Positions 39,637-50,654 of a stretch of DNA of 64,000 nucleotides are shown piece by piece (the stretch's first letter is position 1; each line of letters opens with the position of its first letter). The stretch comes from a virus (lineage: Duplodnaviria; Heunggongvirae; Uroviricota; Caudoviricetes). Under the pieces are notes generated by a model. It was not told the DNA's origin, ran no database searches, and worked only from the letters and a program-made list of their open reading frames with translations. The stretch is taken from IMG/VR virus record IMGVR_UViG_3300028805_000039, positions 127,852 to 191,851 of that record, one strand, 5' to 3'. The position numbers and the translations under genes were made by a program.

Positions 39637-41277
39637 TTGTTAGAATTAATTAATGATGCAGAACAAGAACTTATTCAATACTATATTTCATCTTTTGGAC
39701 CGATTAATAATGATAGTTTAAATCGTCCAATGGCTTCTTTGGATACAATTTTTGCCGAATGGGAAAATTCAAAAACTACTCTCTTTAATATGCTCGGTAA
39801 CTAGTTAATTGTACGACGTCCATATACCTATGTTATTCCAGAACAAAATTTAATTAATACTTTTACTAGTAAAAAATATGAGAATGATTGTTGGGTATTT
39901 CTTTGTTGGTGGAATAGAGAAATTATTGCTCCTTTAACTAATCAAAAAGATATAGACCCTGATTTTCTTCAATTATGTTATGATATTGTTAAACCAGCTA
40001 CATTAGCAGAAAATAAATATTTAAATAATACCAAAGTATTCTATTTGCCGCCTGATAATGAGTCTTTTAAAGTTTCAAAAGGTATGCGGCCTATGAGAAT
40101 TATCACTAAATTAGCTCAAAAATATGGTTGTAAAGAAGAAGTGCTAGAAAAATTTCGTATTTGGCATTCTCAAATTTTAAATAATAAACATATGGATGGA
40201 GAATTGTGCTTATCAATTCACCCACTAGACTTTATGACTATGAGCGATAATGATAATGATTGGCAAAGTTGTATGAATTGGATGAATCATGGAGATTATC
40301 GCGCTGGTACTATTGAATGTATGAATTCTCCTTACGTATTGATGGCTTATTTACATAATCCTAAGCATAAAATGACATTCGGTTCTTAGAATGAATATGA
40401 GTGGAATAGTAAACATTGGCGTGAATTATTTATCATTTATCCAGAAATGATCACTGAAGTAAAAGGATACTGTTTTTAGGATGAAAATTTAACTAATACT
40501 GTTCTAATGTGGATTAAAGAATTGGCTCATAATAATTTAAATTGGGATTATGATGATGATGAAATTAATCTACAAGATAGTAATCCTATACCTTTTAACG
40601 AAGGAGATTTATATTTTCGCGTATATCCTGAAGGATATATGTATAATGATATTGGGACATTAGATAAGCATAGAGCCCGAATTAATCGAGAAAAAATTGG
40701 TAAATATGAAAATATTACTCACTGGTTTGTCCCAAATGAAGAAAAATGGCATTATATGCTTGAACTTCCTTATGGCGGTAAAGCGACTTGTATGTGGTGT
40801 GGTAGAGAATATAGTGAGCCAGATAGAGAAGAATTTGTGTTTTGCGAAAATTGTGATCCATCTACTCGTTGTTGTTATTGTGGAAATTATATAAGAGAAG
40901 AAGATGGATATTATATTGATGATTATGATGGATTAATTTGCATTGATTGTTTAGATTATGAATGTGGTATTGATGATTTAACAGATGAAACTCATATTAA
41001 TAGTAATTTAGATTATATTGAATGGTTAATTGGATATAATGAAGATAACGATCCTATCTTTTATGATGAAGGAATTTGGGTTTATCATCCAAAAGAGAAT
41101 GATAAATATAAAGAATTGTTTTCTAATCCGCCTAAAACTATGAACAATCATTATAGACATCATCAATATATTACAGTAGATGATATTATTAATAAAAGCG
41201 AGTTTGAAGATGTATTTAACTTAAATAATAATATTGAAAATATTATAGCTGAATACATGCAAAAAAATAATAACTGA
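39637..41277 (+). CDS. large hypothetical protein (about 546 aa) with a C-terminal Cys-rich zinc-finger region; recoded (TAG at 39802, 40387 and 40477)
   Basis: track ORFs 40045..40389 and 40507..41277 plus the upstream segment share frame 1 and are separated only by TAG codons; probable TTG start after an aaggaag RBS. Confidence 0.5.
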
Positions 41278-41485
41278 ATAAACTCTTAATTGATTTTTTT
41301 AAAAAAAAATTATATAATATATATGTAAGATAAAGAAAAGAAAAAAACGTCTTACAAAAGAAACAGACATACTTATTAAGAAAAAACGAAATTTAATTTG
41401 AAAATTTAAAAAAAATATTATATAATAAGTATGTAAGAAAGACAAAAATAAATAAAAAAATTAAAAAATGAAAGGTGAATGAATT

Positions 41486-41893
41486 ATGTCTGATTCTGTT
41501 GTTAAGGTTACTAAGCGTGAGCGGTATGAGGCTATTAAGACTCTTTGTAGTATGGCTGAGAATGTTGGAGATCTTGATATTGATGGAATTATCGCTTTTT
41601 GTGATAAGGAAATTGAGACTCTTGATGCTAGAGCGGAAAAGGCTAAAGAGCGTGCTGCTATTAAGCGTGCCGAGGGTGATGAACTTTTGGAGATTGTCTA
41701 TAATGCTCTTACTGATGAATTTGAAACTCGTGATGCCATTACTGAGCGCATTGGCAATGAGAATATTTCTGTTGCAAAGGTCACTTATCGTTTGACTTCT
41801 CTTGTTAAGGCTGGTCGAGCTGTAAAAGACGAGACAAATGTCACTGGGGCTGACGGAAAGAATCATCGAGTTTCAGTTTATAAGTTAGCATAA
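41486..41893 (+). CDS. family-X protein (paralog 4, in the late module)
   Basis: ...VTYRLTSLVKAGRAV...VYKLA C-terminus. Confidence 0.55.
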   Translation: MSDSVVKVTKRERYEAIKTLCSMAENVGDLDIDGIIAFCDKEIETLDARAEKAKERAAIKRAEGDELLEIVYNALTDEFETRDAITERIGNENISVAKVTYRLTSLVKAGRAVKDETNVTGADGKNHRVSVYKLA

Positions 41894-41895
41894 AA

Positions 41896-41940
41896 TAGTT
41901 AAAAATAAAAACCATCTAATTTTAGATGGTTTTTATTTTT
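41896..41940 (+). terminator. rho-independent terminator
   Basis: aaaaccatctaattttagatggttttt followed by a T run. Confidence 0.7.
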
Positions 41941-41996
41941 ATTGACATATTTAAAAAAAAATGGTAAAATAAAAAAAGAAAGAGGTGAAAATAAAT

Positions 41997-42785
41997 ATGC
42001 GTTTTTGTTTAAGTGGACGATAGACTAATGAATATTTAAAAAAAGCCAATGAACTTATGATAAATTATTTAGATCATAATTTTATTTATGATGCTGTTAA
42101 AATTAATCCAAATGCAATTATTACTTTAATAATTGATACAAATGATAATATTAATTGGGATATTTTATCTCAATATAAAATAATATGTAAATCTGGATTT
42201 AGAATTGCTAGTAATAATACTTCTATTTTATTAGACGCAAAAGAAAAAGGATATAAATTTTTCAATTTAATTCCAGCCAGATATGGATATCAATTAAATG
42301 CTTTAATAAATTTTGGAGTATGCGCTGTTCGAATAGGCGGTTAGTTAGCTCATGAAATGGATTTTTTAAGTAAAATTGATATTGAAAAAAGAATGATTGT
42401 CAATTCAACAGATTCATATTTAAATTTTAACCCTTTAATTGGTGCATGGATCCGTCCAGAAGATTTATCTTTATTAGAATCTATTGATGTTTGCGAATTT
42501 CAATACATCAATCAAAAATAGGAATAGGCTTTATATAGAATTTATGCAGAATAGAAAGAATGGCCTGGACGATTATCTGAATTAATTATTGGAATTAAAG
42601 ATAATGATATAATGAATAGAATGTTGCCTCCAGAATTTACCAAACAAAGACTAAATTGTAAATAGTCTTGTATGAATGGGGGAAGCTGTAAATATTGTGA
42701 GCATGTGTGCGATGCAGCAAAAATAGATTTCATAAAAAAATATAAAATTTTACAAGCAAAAAAAATTATTATGGAGAATAAAGTA
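41997..42785 (+). CDS. hypothetical protein of about 262 aa; recoded (6 in-frame TAG), ends at TGA
   Basis: ATG 41997 is in frame with track ORF 42057..42344 and continues through TAGs to gtaTGA at about 42783. Confidence 0.4.
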
Positions 42786-43153
42786 TGAGTAGTCCTTCAA
42801 CAGCTTTTCTTGGTTATGGTTTTATTATCAATAAATATGAAGATGCTCCTATGCCTAATCATTTAGGAGAAGATTGGGAGCCTAATCCAGAATGGGAAAA
42901 ATGGGCTGATGATTTTTGTGATAGTGAATTTTGTTGGCCTATTTATTCTTATGATGATGATGCACGATTTTTTGGTATTAAATTAACTGATAGCATTGAC
43001 CCAGGAGAATATGTAGAATTTGGAAATGATCTTCCTCATTTCGATAAAGAATGTATTCCTAAATGGAATAATTTTATGACAGAATTTGAAAAATTTTTTC
43101 CTAATTCTGATAAAAAACCGCAATATGTTTTTATAAATATATATTGGTGTTAA
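42785..43153 (+). CDS. hypothetical protein (122 aa)
   Basis: ORF track. Confidence 0.55.
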   Translation: MSSPSTAFLGYGFIINKYEDAPMPNHLGEDWEPNPEWEKWADDFCDSEFCWPIYSYDDDARFFGIKLTDSIDPGEYVEFGNDLPHFDKECIPKWNNFMTEFEKFFPNSDKKPQYVFINIYWC

Positions 43154-43167
43154 AGGAGAGATAAAAT

Positions 43168-43473
43168 ATGGCAAAAGGTGCTATTGCAAAAACAGAAGTA
43201 GAAAATAAAATTCGTAATGCTTTTGGAAAAGATTTCATTGGCGTAGATACTAGTAATAAAAAATTATACGTTTAGGCAGAAGAAGATGGCGAAATGATTC
43301 AAGTAGCAATTACTATGACTTGTCCAAAAACGCCTTTTATGCCAGAAAATGGCTTAAATTTTAATAATAATAATAGTAATTTTGGCGAACCAGATACATT
43401 TTAGCCAGCTGAAGTTTCTAGCGTAGAACTTAATAATATTCGCAAAATGATACAAGAATTAGGAATATAATAA
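43168..43473 (+). CDS. hypothetical protein (about 100 aa); recoded (2 in-frame TAG)
   Basis: aaaggagag RBS; MAKGAIAKTEVENKIR...LYV-TAG-AEEDGEMIQ...DTF-TAG-PAEVSS...ELGI then TAA. Confidence 0.5.
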
Positions 43474-43490
43474 AAAGGAGAATTTTCATT

Positions 43491-43709
43491 ATGGAAAATT
43501 TTTATATGGTATTATTTGAAGGTGATGGAGCTACTTATTTTTTCCATAATAAAAACAATGCTATAAAATTTCTTGAGGAATCATACAAAGATGATTATGG
43601 CAATAATAATAATGATGAAGCATATATTGCGGATATGACTACATTAAAGCAAGAAGGATATATTGAAGATTATGCCTGGATTGATGAGGTAAATTTTGAA
43701 GATGAATGA
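43491..43709 (+). CDS. acidic small protein
   Basis: ORF track. Confidence 0.5.
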   Translation: MENFYMVLFEGDGATYFFHNKNNAIKFLEESYKDDYGNNNNDEAYIADMTTLKQEGYIEDYAWIDEVNFEDE

Positions 43710-43947
43710 TGAAGTGTATATTGTTTATAATATGGATTCTGGAGAAATTATTAGTGTATCTAGATCTTATAATTATGCTCAAGAAATTTTAATGGATGAA
43801 TATATGGATGCTTTTTATTATCAATTTTTATGGAATATAAATTATTTTGGAATGAATGCTGCTGACGGATATTCAATGGCAAAACGAGAAATTAAAGAGT
43901 GGTTTAGAAATTATATGATGGTAACGAAAATTAGTATTGATCATTAA
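43696..43947 (+). CDS. small protein related to the LLQEI family (AQEILMDEYMDAFYY)
   Basis: ORF track. Confidence 0.5.
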   Translation: MKMNDEVYIVYNMDSGEIISVSRSYNYAQEILMDEYMDAFYYQFLWNINYFGMNAADGYSMAKREIKEWFRNYMMVTKISIDH

Positions 43948-43960
43948 GAGGTATTTAAAA

Positions 43961-44152
43961 ATGAGTTATTCTATAAATATTTATTTTGAAGACTGGAATG
44001 GCGGTCGAAATTTTGGAGTTTCTAAGAATGATGAAGATAATATTCTTCTTTCTGAGTTTAGAGACTTTTGCCGTGATGCTGGGATTGCTTATGGTTTTAC
44101 TGAAAATCAAATGAATAGTATTTTTAATTGGGATTTAACTGATGAAAACTAA
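43961..44152 (+). CDS. hypothetical protein
   Basis: inside track ORF 43937..44152. Confidence 0.45.
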   Translation: MSYSINIYFEDWNGGRNFGVSKNDEDNILLSEFRDFCRDAGIAYGFTENQMNSIFNWDLTDEN

Positions 44153-44177
44153 AATAAATTAGAAAAGAGAATTAAAT

Positions 44178-44357
44178 ATGGATTAGAAAACTAGATTTGA
44201 ATAGATTAAAGAATTTGATATTGATGATATGGCTGCTTTTTTAAGTTGGTATTTTAATTGTGATGGTTGTCCAGCAAAACGACCCAACTGTTATGATAAT
44301 GATGCTATGTGTATAGATGCCATGAAAGAATGTCTTAATGGAAAAGGGCAATTATGA
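44178..44357 (+). CDS. Cys-rich small protein; recoded (2 in-frame TAG), ends at TGA
   Basis: MD-TAG-KTRFE-TAG-IKEFDIDDMAAFLSWYFNCDGCPAKRPNCYDND... Confidence 0.4.
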
Positions 44358-44521
44358 TACCAATTAATAATATAGATGATGCTATTGAAAAATTAGAATA
44401 TGTTTTAGAGGCAGATCCTAGAACTTTTTCTAATCAAACTTGTGAAAATAAAGAAGTTTTTGATGAAGTTTATGAAGCATTAAAGCATCTCAAAAGAGCA
44501 AGATCAAAATCTTTTATTTGA
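44354..44521 (+). CDS. small hypothetical protein (55 aa)
   Basis: ATG overlaps the upstream TGA; MIPINNIDDAIEKLEY... Confidence 0.4.
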   Translation: MIPINNIDDAIEKLEYVLEADPRTFSNQTCENKEVFDEVYEALKHLKRARSKSFI

Positions 44522-44609
44522 AAATTTATAAAAAATATTATATAATATATATAGAAAATAGATAAAAGATATTTTCTATATATATTTTTTTTATAGGAGA
44601 AAATTTATA

Positions 44610-44897
44610 ATGTTTTGTAGCAGAGTGAAATATGTTGCCGTAACTGATAATTGGCATCCCAATTTCCACGATAATTTAATTAAAATTACTTTAGGTATGT
44701 ATTCTTATGATGGTGATTGTTATGTAAAACTAATGGCTTGGGGTGCTGATGATTTTGGTCTTGAAATTTGTAAAGAAAATTTAACTTTTCAGGAAGCTAT
44801 TAAACTTTATAATAATGAAATGAATATATTGTATGAATCTATCCCTAATAGAACTAATAAAGATTGGTTCTTCGATCATGGATTTGAAAGGTTTTAA
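44610..44897 (+). CDS. hypothetical protein (95 aa)
   Basis: ORF track. Confidence 0.55.
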   Translation: MFCSRVKYVAVTDNWHPNFHDNLIKITLGMYSYDGDCYVKLMAWGADDFGLEICKENLTFQEAIKLYNNEMNILYESIPNRTNKDWFFDHGFERF

Positions 44898-44899
44898 TT

Positions 44900-45214
44900 A
44901 TGGCTTGTTATATTGATCAGAGTATTTTAGAAAAAGAAATTATTGATAACCATTGTAGTTTTTGTCGTCGTCGTAAAAATTTTAATAATATCGAATGTCT
45001 TGATTGTAAAATTAGATCTATTCTTCTTCTTATAGATGATATTCCTTGTTTCGATAATTTTGTTCCAAAAGAAAAAGTAAATGGATTGGTAAATTTTTGC
45101 GCGGATCAATTAAAAAAGAATTGTCCTTTTCCCATTGGGAGTTGCCCTGATGATGATGATTGGGATTGTGAAGATTGTTGGAAAATATTTTTAGAAGGAA
45201 ATTTCCTTAGTTGA
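44900..45214 (+). CDS. Cys-rich hypothetical protein (104 aa)
   Basis: ORF track. Confidence 0.55.
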   Translation: MACYIDQSILEKEIIDNHCSFCRRRKNFNNIECLDCKIRSILLLIDDIPCFDNFVPKEKVNGLVNFCADQLKKNCPFPIGSCPDDDDWDCEDCWKIFLEGNFLS

Positions 45215-45274
45215 AAATTTTAAAAAAATATTATATAATATTTATAGAAAAATAAGAAATGAGGTTTTTAAAAA

Positions 45275-45537
45275 TGACTGTTGTTCTTGTTCACGAAGAA
45301 AATCACGGCCTTATTACTGTGGCAAAAGATTATAAATCTGCCATTAAATTTCTTATTAATAATAGATGGATTACAGAATCTATGGAAGTTTGGAATGAAG
45401 ATGACACCTATAGTCGTCTTAATGAACTTCTTGGAGAAGATGCTTTTGATATTATAACTGAAAAATGGGATATTGATTCTTTTAATGCATTTTGGAATGG
45501 AAGTTTCTTTCTTAATGAGGTAGAAGTATATGAATAA
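45275..45537 (+). CDS. hypothetical protein
   Basis: inside track ORF 45259..45537. Confidence 0.5.
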
Positions 45538-45784
45538 GTCAATTTATACTTTAATTAATACAGAAGACTTTTATCCAGAAGCACAGTATAGTTCTTATGA
45601 CAAATCTCTTTTGGAAGAGATTATGTGTGATGAATTTATGCTTGATGTTATGTATGAATTTAATTCAAGAATGAATGGAGCATTTACTACAGGAGAACCT
45701 TGTAAAATTGCGAAAGAGTCTTGGAATGATGTTCTTGATTATTATAATGCTTATGTAAATATTATAATGAGTGATATAATTTAA
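45530..45784 (+). CDS. small protein related to the LLQEI family (KSLLEEIMCDEFM)
   Basis: ORF track. Confidence 0.5.
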   Translation: MNKSIYTLINTEDFYPEAQYSSYDKSLLEEIMCDEFMLDVMYEFNSRMNGAFTTGEPCKIAKESWNDVLDYYNAYVNIIMSDII

Positions 45785-45859
45785 AGAATTTCTTATTTGA
45801 AAATTTTAAAAAAATATTATATAATATTTATAGAAAAATAAAAAAAGGAATTTTTAAAA

Positions 45860-46048
45860 ATGACTGTAAGAGAATTTATTCATAATATTTTGCTTGAAGC
45901 ACATGATTTAGATGCTACTATTTATATTAGTCATACTATTAATGAAGATACAGAAGAAATAGAATCTTTTGATGTTGACAAAATTACTTCTTGGGGAAAT
46001 AATGACATGGTTGATATTGTTCTTCGTAAATGGGAAGGCGGTCAGTAA
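45860..46048 (+). CDS. hypothetical protein
   Basis: ORF track. Confidence 0.5.
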   Translation: MTVREFIHNILLEAHDLDATIYISHTINEDTEEIESFDVDKITSWGNNDMVDIVLRKWEGGQ

Positions 46049-46233
46049 TGCATAGTTTTGATGCTGGTAATGGTTATCGTTTTCATTTTAATAGTGATTA
46101 TTCTGGAGACATAATTATCACTCATCCTGATAAAGAAGAATATGAAATTGATGGAGATGCTTTTATGGCATTTGCTCGATATGCTTTATCCGATGAGTTG
46201 GTTGAACATTTGGCAAGATTTTGGGATAGATAA
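46048..46233 (+). CDS. hypothetical protein
   Basis: inside track ORF 46030..46233 (MHSFDAGNGYRF..). Confidence 0.45.
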   Translation: MHSFDAGNGYRFHFNSDYSGDIIITHPDKEEYEIDGDAFMAFARYALSDELVEHLARFWDR

Positions 46234-46312
46234 ATAAATCTTTTATTTGAAAATTTAAAAAAAATATTATATAATATATATGTAAGATAAATAAAGATAA
46301 GGAATTTAAAAA

Positions 46313-46474
46313 ATGACTGCTTATATTATTGTTGCTCTTCAATCATTTGGTACAGATTGGGATATTCATCCTACTATTTTTCTTAATAAAGAAGAAGCTT
46401 TAGAAGAGTGTGCTAAATTAAATAATAAAATTAGCGGTTATGAATATTTTGTAAAAGAAAGAGAGCTTGTGTAA
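46313..46474 (+). CDS. small hypothetical protein (53 aa)
   Basis: late promoter then aaggaat then ATG; MTAYIIVALQSFGTDWD... Confidence 0.4.
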   Translation: MTAYIIVALQSFGTDWDIHPTIFLNKEEALEECAKLNNKISGYEYFVKERELV

Positions 46475-46479
46475 GTTTT

Positions 46480-47580
46480 CTTACTTTTCATAAAAAATCA
46501 AATGACTACTGGTTCGAGTCCTTAGTAACGGCGGCTCCGAAAGGAAAGAAGCGTAATTGCCCTTCGCCGTAGCAGTTGGTGCTTAGTATTTGATTTTTTA
46601 TGAAAGGCAAGAAAGAAAATTTATGGAAGTCGCGCTCCATAGAGAAGTATTGTCTCCTTATGCGTCCGCACTATCAAGTTCAATCGACGATAAAAACCAG
46701 GAACTTGTGACTTTTGAGATTGTTATATAGCCCTCACTGGTTTCAAGAGGAAACCAAAGATGTCCTATATTGTTGTCGTTTAGGCGTGGTTAGTCCCTAC
46801 ATTAAAAGGAAGAAAACCAGCAACTTAGCTAAGCAGTTTCGCTTAACTGCCCTGCGGGGAAATAAGCAATTTAAAATTAAGGGATGCTTTTCCTTATGAC
46901 TAATCGAGGACGTGTGCGGTGGGAATGTTTGAGAATCCAAAAGTTGGCAATGTAGATTAGTCGCTGATGTAGGTTTTATAGGCCTACGGTCGGCATGGAG
47001 ACGATAAACTCATGCAATTGAGTTGCCACCTCTCTAAAAGTGTGGATATGGTGGAAATCCTTATATCTGTGCTGGTAAGCCATAGGAGACATCCTTAAAG
47101 AGTCCCGTGCATACACGATGCCTATTTTGTTGTATGACGAATATAAACATAGGACAAAGAGATATGGCATTGAGACGTGAGGGGATGCCCGAAGTAGACG
47201 AGATGCTAAGGCCAGAGTCTTCAAGAAGTTGATAGCCTAGACTTCTATTAGTCGGTAGACAAGTATTAAAAGTCGAAAAGAAAATAAAGTCTTAATCTGG
47301 AACACATTGAGGTCCAACTCAACAGGGTGAAAAGCTGAGTCCCAGTAATAAAGGAGATAATGAAATCCAGATAGAATGCGTGTGATTGCGGCGAAGCACT
47401 CGTGGTTAAACGAGGTTAGCCTAGTTTACTGCACACCCGATTATGGGCGCCTCACCGCCCATCAAGGTGAGATTGGTGCCTAAATGACAATGGCGTAATG
47501 CAAACTCTTTAAGTCTTTGATGGTTTAAGAGAGAAAGTCCAAAGTAAGAATAGGTTAAATGGAGTTTGAAGAACAGCCAA
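46480..47580 (+). ncRNA. GC-enriched non-coding island of about 1.1 kb (large structured RNA candidate) at the head of the tRNA array
   Basis: no plausible ORFs; dense hairpins such as cataaaaaatcaaat...atttgattttttatg, ggtttcaagaggaaacc and gcaattgagttgc; flanked by tRNAs. Confidence 0.3.
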
Positions 47581-47586
47581 AAAATA

Positions 47587-47662
47587 TGCCGTTCTAGCTC
47601 AATTGGTAGAGCCCGCGACTTATAATCGCGAGGTTCCGGGTTCAATCCCCGGGGGCGGCACC
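47587..47662 (+). tRNA. tRNA-Ile(TAT)
   Basis: acceptor gccgttc/gggcggc; anticodon stem cgcga/tcgcg with loop cttataa; T-arm ccgggttcaatccccgg; CCA. Confidence 0.7.
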
Positions 47663-47752
47663 ATTAAGAAAAAAATTTTTTAGGACAAAGAAAGAAAATG
47701 TATTAAAAATTTTTTTCTTTAAAAGTAAATACCAGAAGAAAGGATGAAAGAT

Positions 47753-47872
47753 ATGGCTAATTTTTTATCTAATGTAAAAAAGGCTCTTCTTATGTATGCG
47801 GTTAGCACTAATCCTACAATGCTACGTTATATGAGCCAAGATGAAATTAGAGATATTTATGACATTCGATAA
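47753..47872 (+). CDS. small hypothetical protein (39 aa)
   Basis: aaaggatgaaagat then ATG; terminator hairpin after it. Confidence 0.3.
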   Translation: MANFLSNVKKALLMYAVSTNPTMLRYMSQDEIRDIYDIR

Positions 47873-48007
47873 GAAGTAAAAATACTTCTTATCAAAGTTG
47901 GTTGGTATTTAATTTGAAAATTTTAAAAATAATTTGAAATTTATAAAAAAATATTATATAATATATATGTAAGATAAATAAAGACAGAAACAGCAATTTT
48001 AATTTAA

Positions 48008-48115
48008 AAATGTTATGATTTGAGGAATCCGGTGTCACGGGTTCAAGTCCCGTCAATAACAAGTGAAAATCTTGCTATTGTAGCTCAGTCGGTAGAGCAC
48101 GAAAAAACTTTTTAA
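48008..48115 (+). pseudogene. degenerate or split tRNA-like fragments (T-arm/acceptor-3' piece followed by a 5' acceptor/D-arm piece)
   Basis: cacgggttcaagtcccgtc as in tRNA-Asp at 50140, then gctattgtagctcagtcggtagagcac without a matching 3' half; preceded by the conserved cagcaattt leader. Confidence 0.3.
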
Positions 48116-48144
48116 ACTGTCTTGTTTTTTAATGGAGAAAAAAT

Positions 48145-48357
48145 ATGCCAAGAGTAAGAGATGATAAATATCATTGGACACCAGAAGCAGATGAATATAT
48201 TTCAATTATTAAACCTTATATTAGTAATATGATACAATTAGGTGAGCATATGGGGTTTGATGAAGCTCAAGTATTTTATCTTATCATGTCTGAATTAGAT
48301 GACGCACAATTAATAAATATATTGAAAAAGAAAGAAAATCAATATAAAAATAAATAA
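48145..48357 (+). CDS. hypothetical protein (70 aa)
   Basis: ORF track. Confidence 0.5.
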   Translation: MPRVRDDKYHWTPEADEYISIIKPYISNMIQLGEHMGFDEAQVFYLIMSELDDAQLINILKKKENQYKNK

Positions 48358-48360
48358 TAT

Positions 48361-48437
48361 GGCCCGTTCGCCCAATTGGTTAGAGCGCTTGACTGTTAAT
48401 CAAGAGGTTCTGGGTTCAAGTCCCAGGCGGGCCGCCA
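48361..48437 (+). tRNA. tRNA-Asn(GTT)
   Basis: acceptor ggcccgt/gcgggcc; anticodon stem cttga/tcaag with loop ctgttaa; T-arm ctgggttcaagtcccag; CCA. Confidence 0.8.
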
Positions 48438-48439
48438 TA

Positions 48440-49510
48440 AGAAATAATGGTAGTAGGCTTAGAAGTAGCCATCTTTAATGAGTAGTGATATGCCGTATGT
48501 GAGTATAGATAGTTTGTTAGTAAAGCTACTATGAATGGATAGAGAGAGTCAATTCCAAAGAAAACTAACCTTAAATTAGTCAGTTAAAAACGGGAACGCG
48601 GGGAGAAGCGGCTGTATATCAACCTGCGCTACGTGAAGCTATGGAGCTAATGAAGTTATGCTTGCAAGGACGGGGCCGACCTAAATGACCAATATACTTT
48701 TAGTGTAATAACACGCCATTATATTAGGTTGCCAGTTTACCAATACATTAAAAACTGATTTTATTAGGTTTTCAGTTTACCAATACATTAAAAAACTGGC
48801 CGGTAGTATAACCGTAAGCAAGGTGCAATACTTGCGGGAAACCGCAAAAGGGTGTCGTAGGTAACGACAGCAAGGCGAGTGCAAATCCACCCTAAAATTA
48901 AAAAATGGGTCAGGTCCTATCGCCCGATTAGGTAGGCGAGGAAAGTGAGGTAGGTTTTTATTCATAATGAATAATGTAAAATCCTTCGCCTTGTAAGCGT
49001 CCAAGTGAAATATATTGGCTACCTAATCTTTTTATCTATCTATCAAGAGTAGAAAAGATTGAGGCCGATTTAAATGCGGCGGTCGTATAAAATACCGCAT
49101 ACAACGAGACCTAACTTAGGATAAGTTATGGTGTTATTTATGATTTGCGCGCAGGTCATCTTAGTGTGTAAAGCCACATTAAATTGAAGGAATCCTTCGC
49201 CCCAGCTTAGGGGAGGAATATAAGCAAAAAGATTTGGCTCTTATTGCCAATTGTCAAAAGTATAAGTATTGTAGTATGCTACACGATAGGGAACCCTAAA
49301 ACACTCGTTAGGTGGGAAGGTGAATTGAGAGTGTAATATATAACTCTATGTGGTGCCCAACATGAAGGTGGCAATGTCGAGCTGACGGCTACAGTAAAGG
49401 GTGACGCCTATCAGTTAGCAGAATATGAAAATTGAGGAGCTATGATGCCTCCGGGGCCATTAGGCTGTCTGGCCACGAAACTCAAGGAAGTTATTTCCAC
49501 CAGTCTTTTT
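48440..49510 (+). ncRNA. GC-enriched non-coding island of about 1.07 kb (large structured RNA candidate) containing a 2 x 38-bp tandem repeat
   Basis: no ORFs with RBS; stems such as gcgggaaaccgc; tandem attaggtt(g/t)(c/t)cagtttaccaatacattaaaaa(a)ctg at 48719-48797. Confidence 0.3.
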
Positions 49511-49514
49511 ATAT

Positions 49515-49604
49515 GCACGAGTGGTGGAATGGTAGACACTGCAGTTTGAGGGACTGTTGCGAAATAATAGTAGCGTGCGGGTTCAAGTCCCGCCTCGTGT
49601 ACCA
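49515..49604 (+). tRNA. tRNA-Leu(GAG), class II
   Basis: acceptor gcacgag/ctcgtgt; anticodon stem gcagt/actgt with loop ttgaggg; long variable arm; T-arm gcgggttcaagtcccgc; CCA. Confidence 0.55.
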
Positions 49605-49677
49605 TAAGAGTTCAAGACATGGTCAGTACATGTTACACCGGTTATTAGTGTAATGGTAAGCACGGAACTCTTTATAT

Positions 49678-49761
49678 GTCGATGTGGTGGAATGGTAGAC
49701 ACGCGACACCTAGGATGTCGTGTCTGATGGCGTGCAGGTTCAAGTCCTGTCATCGACACCA
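49678..49761 (+). tRNA. tRNA-Leu(TAG), class II, with an unusual C33 (loop CCUAGGA)
   Basis: acceptor gtcgatg/catcgac; anticodon stem cgaca/tgtcg; long variable arm; T-loop ttcaagt; CCA. Confidence 0.6.
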
Positions 49762-49817
49762 GCACCTGGCAAGGTGGCAAAGTCAGCCCGTTAGACTTTA
49801 AATGGCGGGACACTTAT

Positions 49818-49902
49818 GCTGAAATGATGGAATGGTAGACATGTCACACTCAAAATGTGATGCCATCACGGCGTGTGGGTTCAAGTCCCACTTTCAGTAC
49901 CA
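49818..49902 (+). tRNA. tRNA-Leu(CAA), class II
   Basis: acceptor gctgaaa/tttcagt; anticodon stem tcaca/tgtga with loop ctcaaaa; long variable arm; CCA. Confidence 0.7.
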
Positions 49903-50139
49903 GGGCTTTATGCCTTTACGATACTACAACAATTATTTCAGTAATGTATTTACTATGGTGGCTTTGAAGATTTCCCATCTAATTACTTAAAAGTAATAAA
50001 CATAAATGAAATCTTCTCTTATTTGAAAATTTAAAAAAAATATTATATAATATATATGTAAGATAAATAAAGACACAAACAGCAATTTGTTATATAACTC
50101 TTGCCGTATTGAGGGAAAATATACGTGTCTTGATTATAT

Positions 50140-50215
50140 GGCTCCGTGATGCAGATGGTTACCATGACGGCCTGTCACGCCGTATACACGGGTTCAAGTC
50201 CCGTCGGAGTCGCCA
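50140..50215 (+). tRNA. tRNA-Asp(GTC)
   Basis: acceptor ggctccg/cggagtc; anticodon stem acggc/gccgt with loop ctgtcac; T-arm acgggttcaagtcccgt; CCA; preceded by a late promoter and the cagcaattt leader. Confidence 0.75.
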
Positions 50216-50219
50216 GCCA

Positions 50220-50570
50220 CTTACTTATGCTGGGATAAGTAAGAGGAAGAAAATATAATACCAGCCGGTTGGTTTTGAAATCCTCCCGTAATTGTAGATG
50301 GAGGGAACCCACCTAGGAAAAACACATCCTAAAGTGAACGCGAGTGGGTTACCGCGTTATCTCTAGCCACAGGTAGGAGTCCTGTGATTAAAACTCCTTA
50401 AATATAATATAGTGCTACGAAGTTATATAGAAATGCGCTGGCCGAAACCAGAAGGCAGTCATATAAATTAAAGAAGCAGTAGTAAATGGAATGAAATAAA
50501 CAGCTATATTATAAACGGAGTTATGAGTTGCAAATGCTTTATCCGTATTTAATACAAAGCGGTAGACTAT
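50220..50570 (+). ncRNA. structured non-coding spacer of about 350 nt
   Basis: hairpins cacttacttatgctgggataagtaag and cctcccgtaattgtagatggagggaa; no ORF. Confidence 0.25.
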
Positions 50571-50649
50571 GGGGCACGGGACTGCTTGGAGTGGTCGCCT
50601 CCCTTGCAAGGAGGATATCAGATGGGTTCGATGCCCATGTGTTCCACCA
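50571..50649 (+). tRNA. tRNA-Ala(TGC), with a non-canonical D-arm
   Basis: acceptor ggggcac/gtgttcc with G3.U70 (the Ala identity pair); anticodon stem cctcc/ggagg with loop cttgcaa; T-arm atgggttcgatgcccat; CCA. Confidence 0.55.
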
Positions 50650-50654
50650 AGAAA

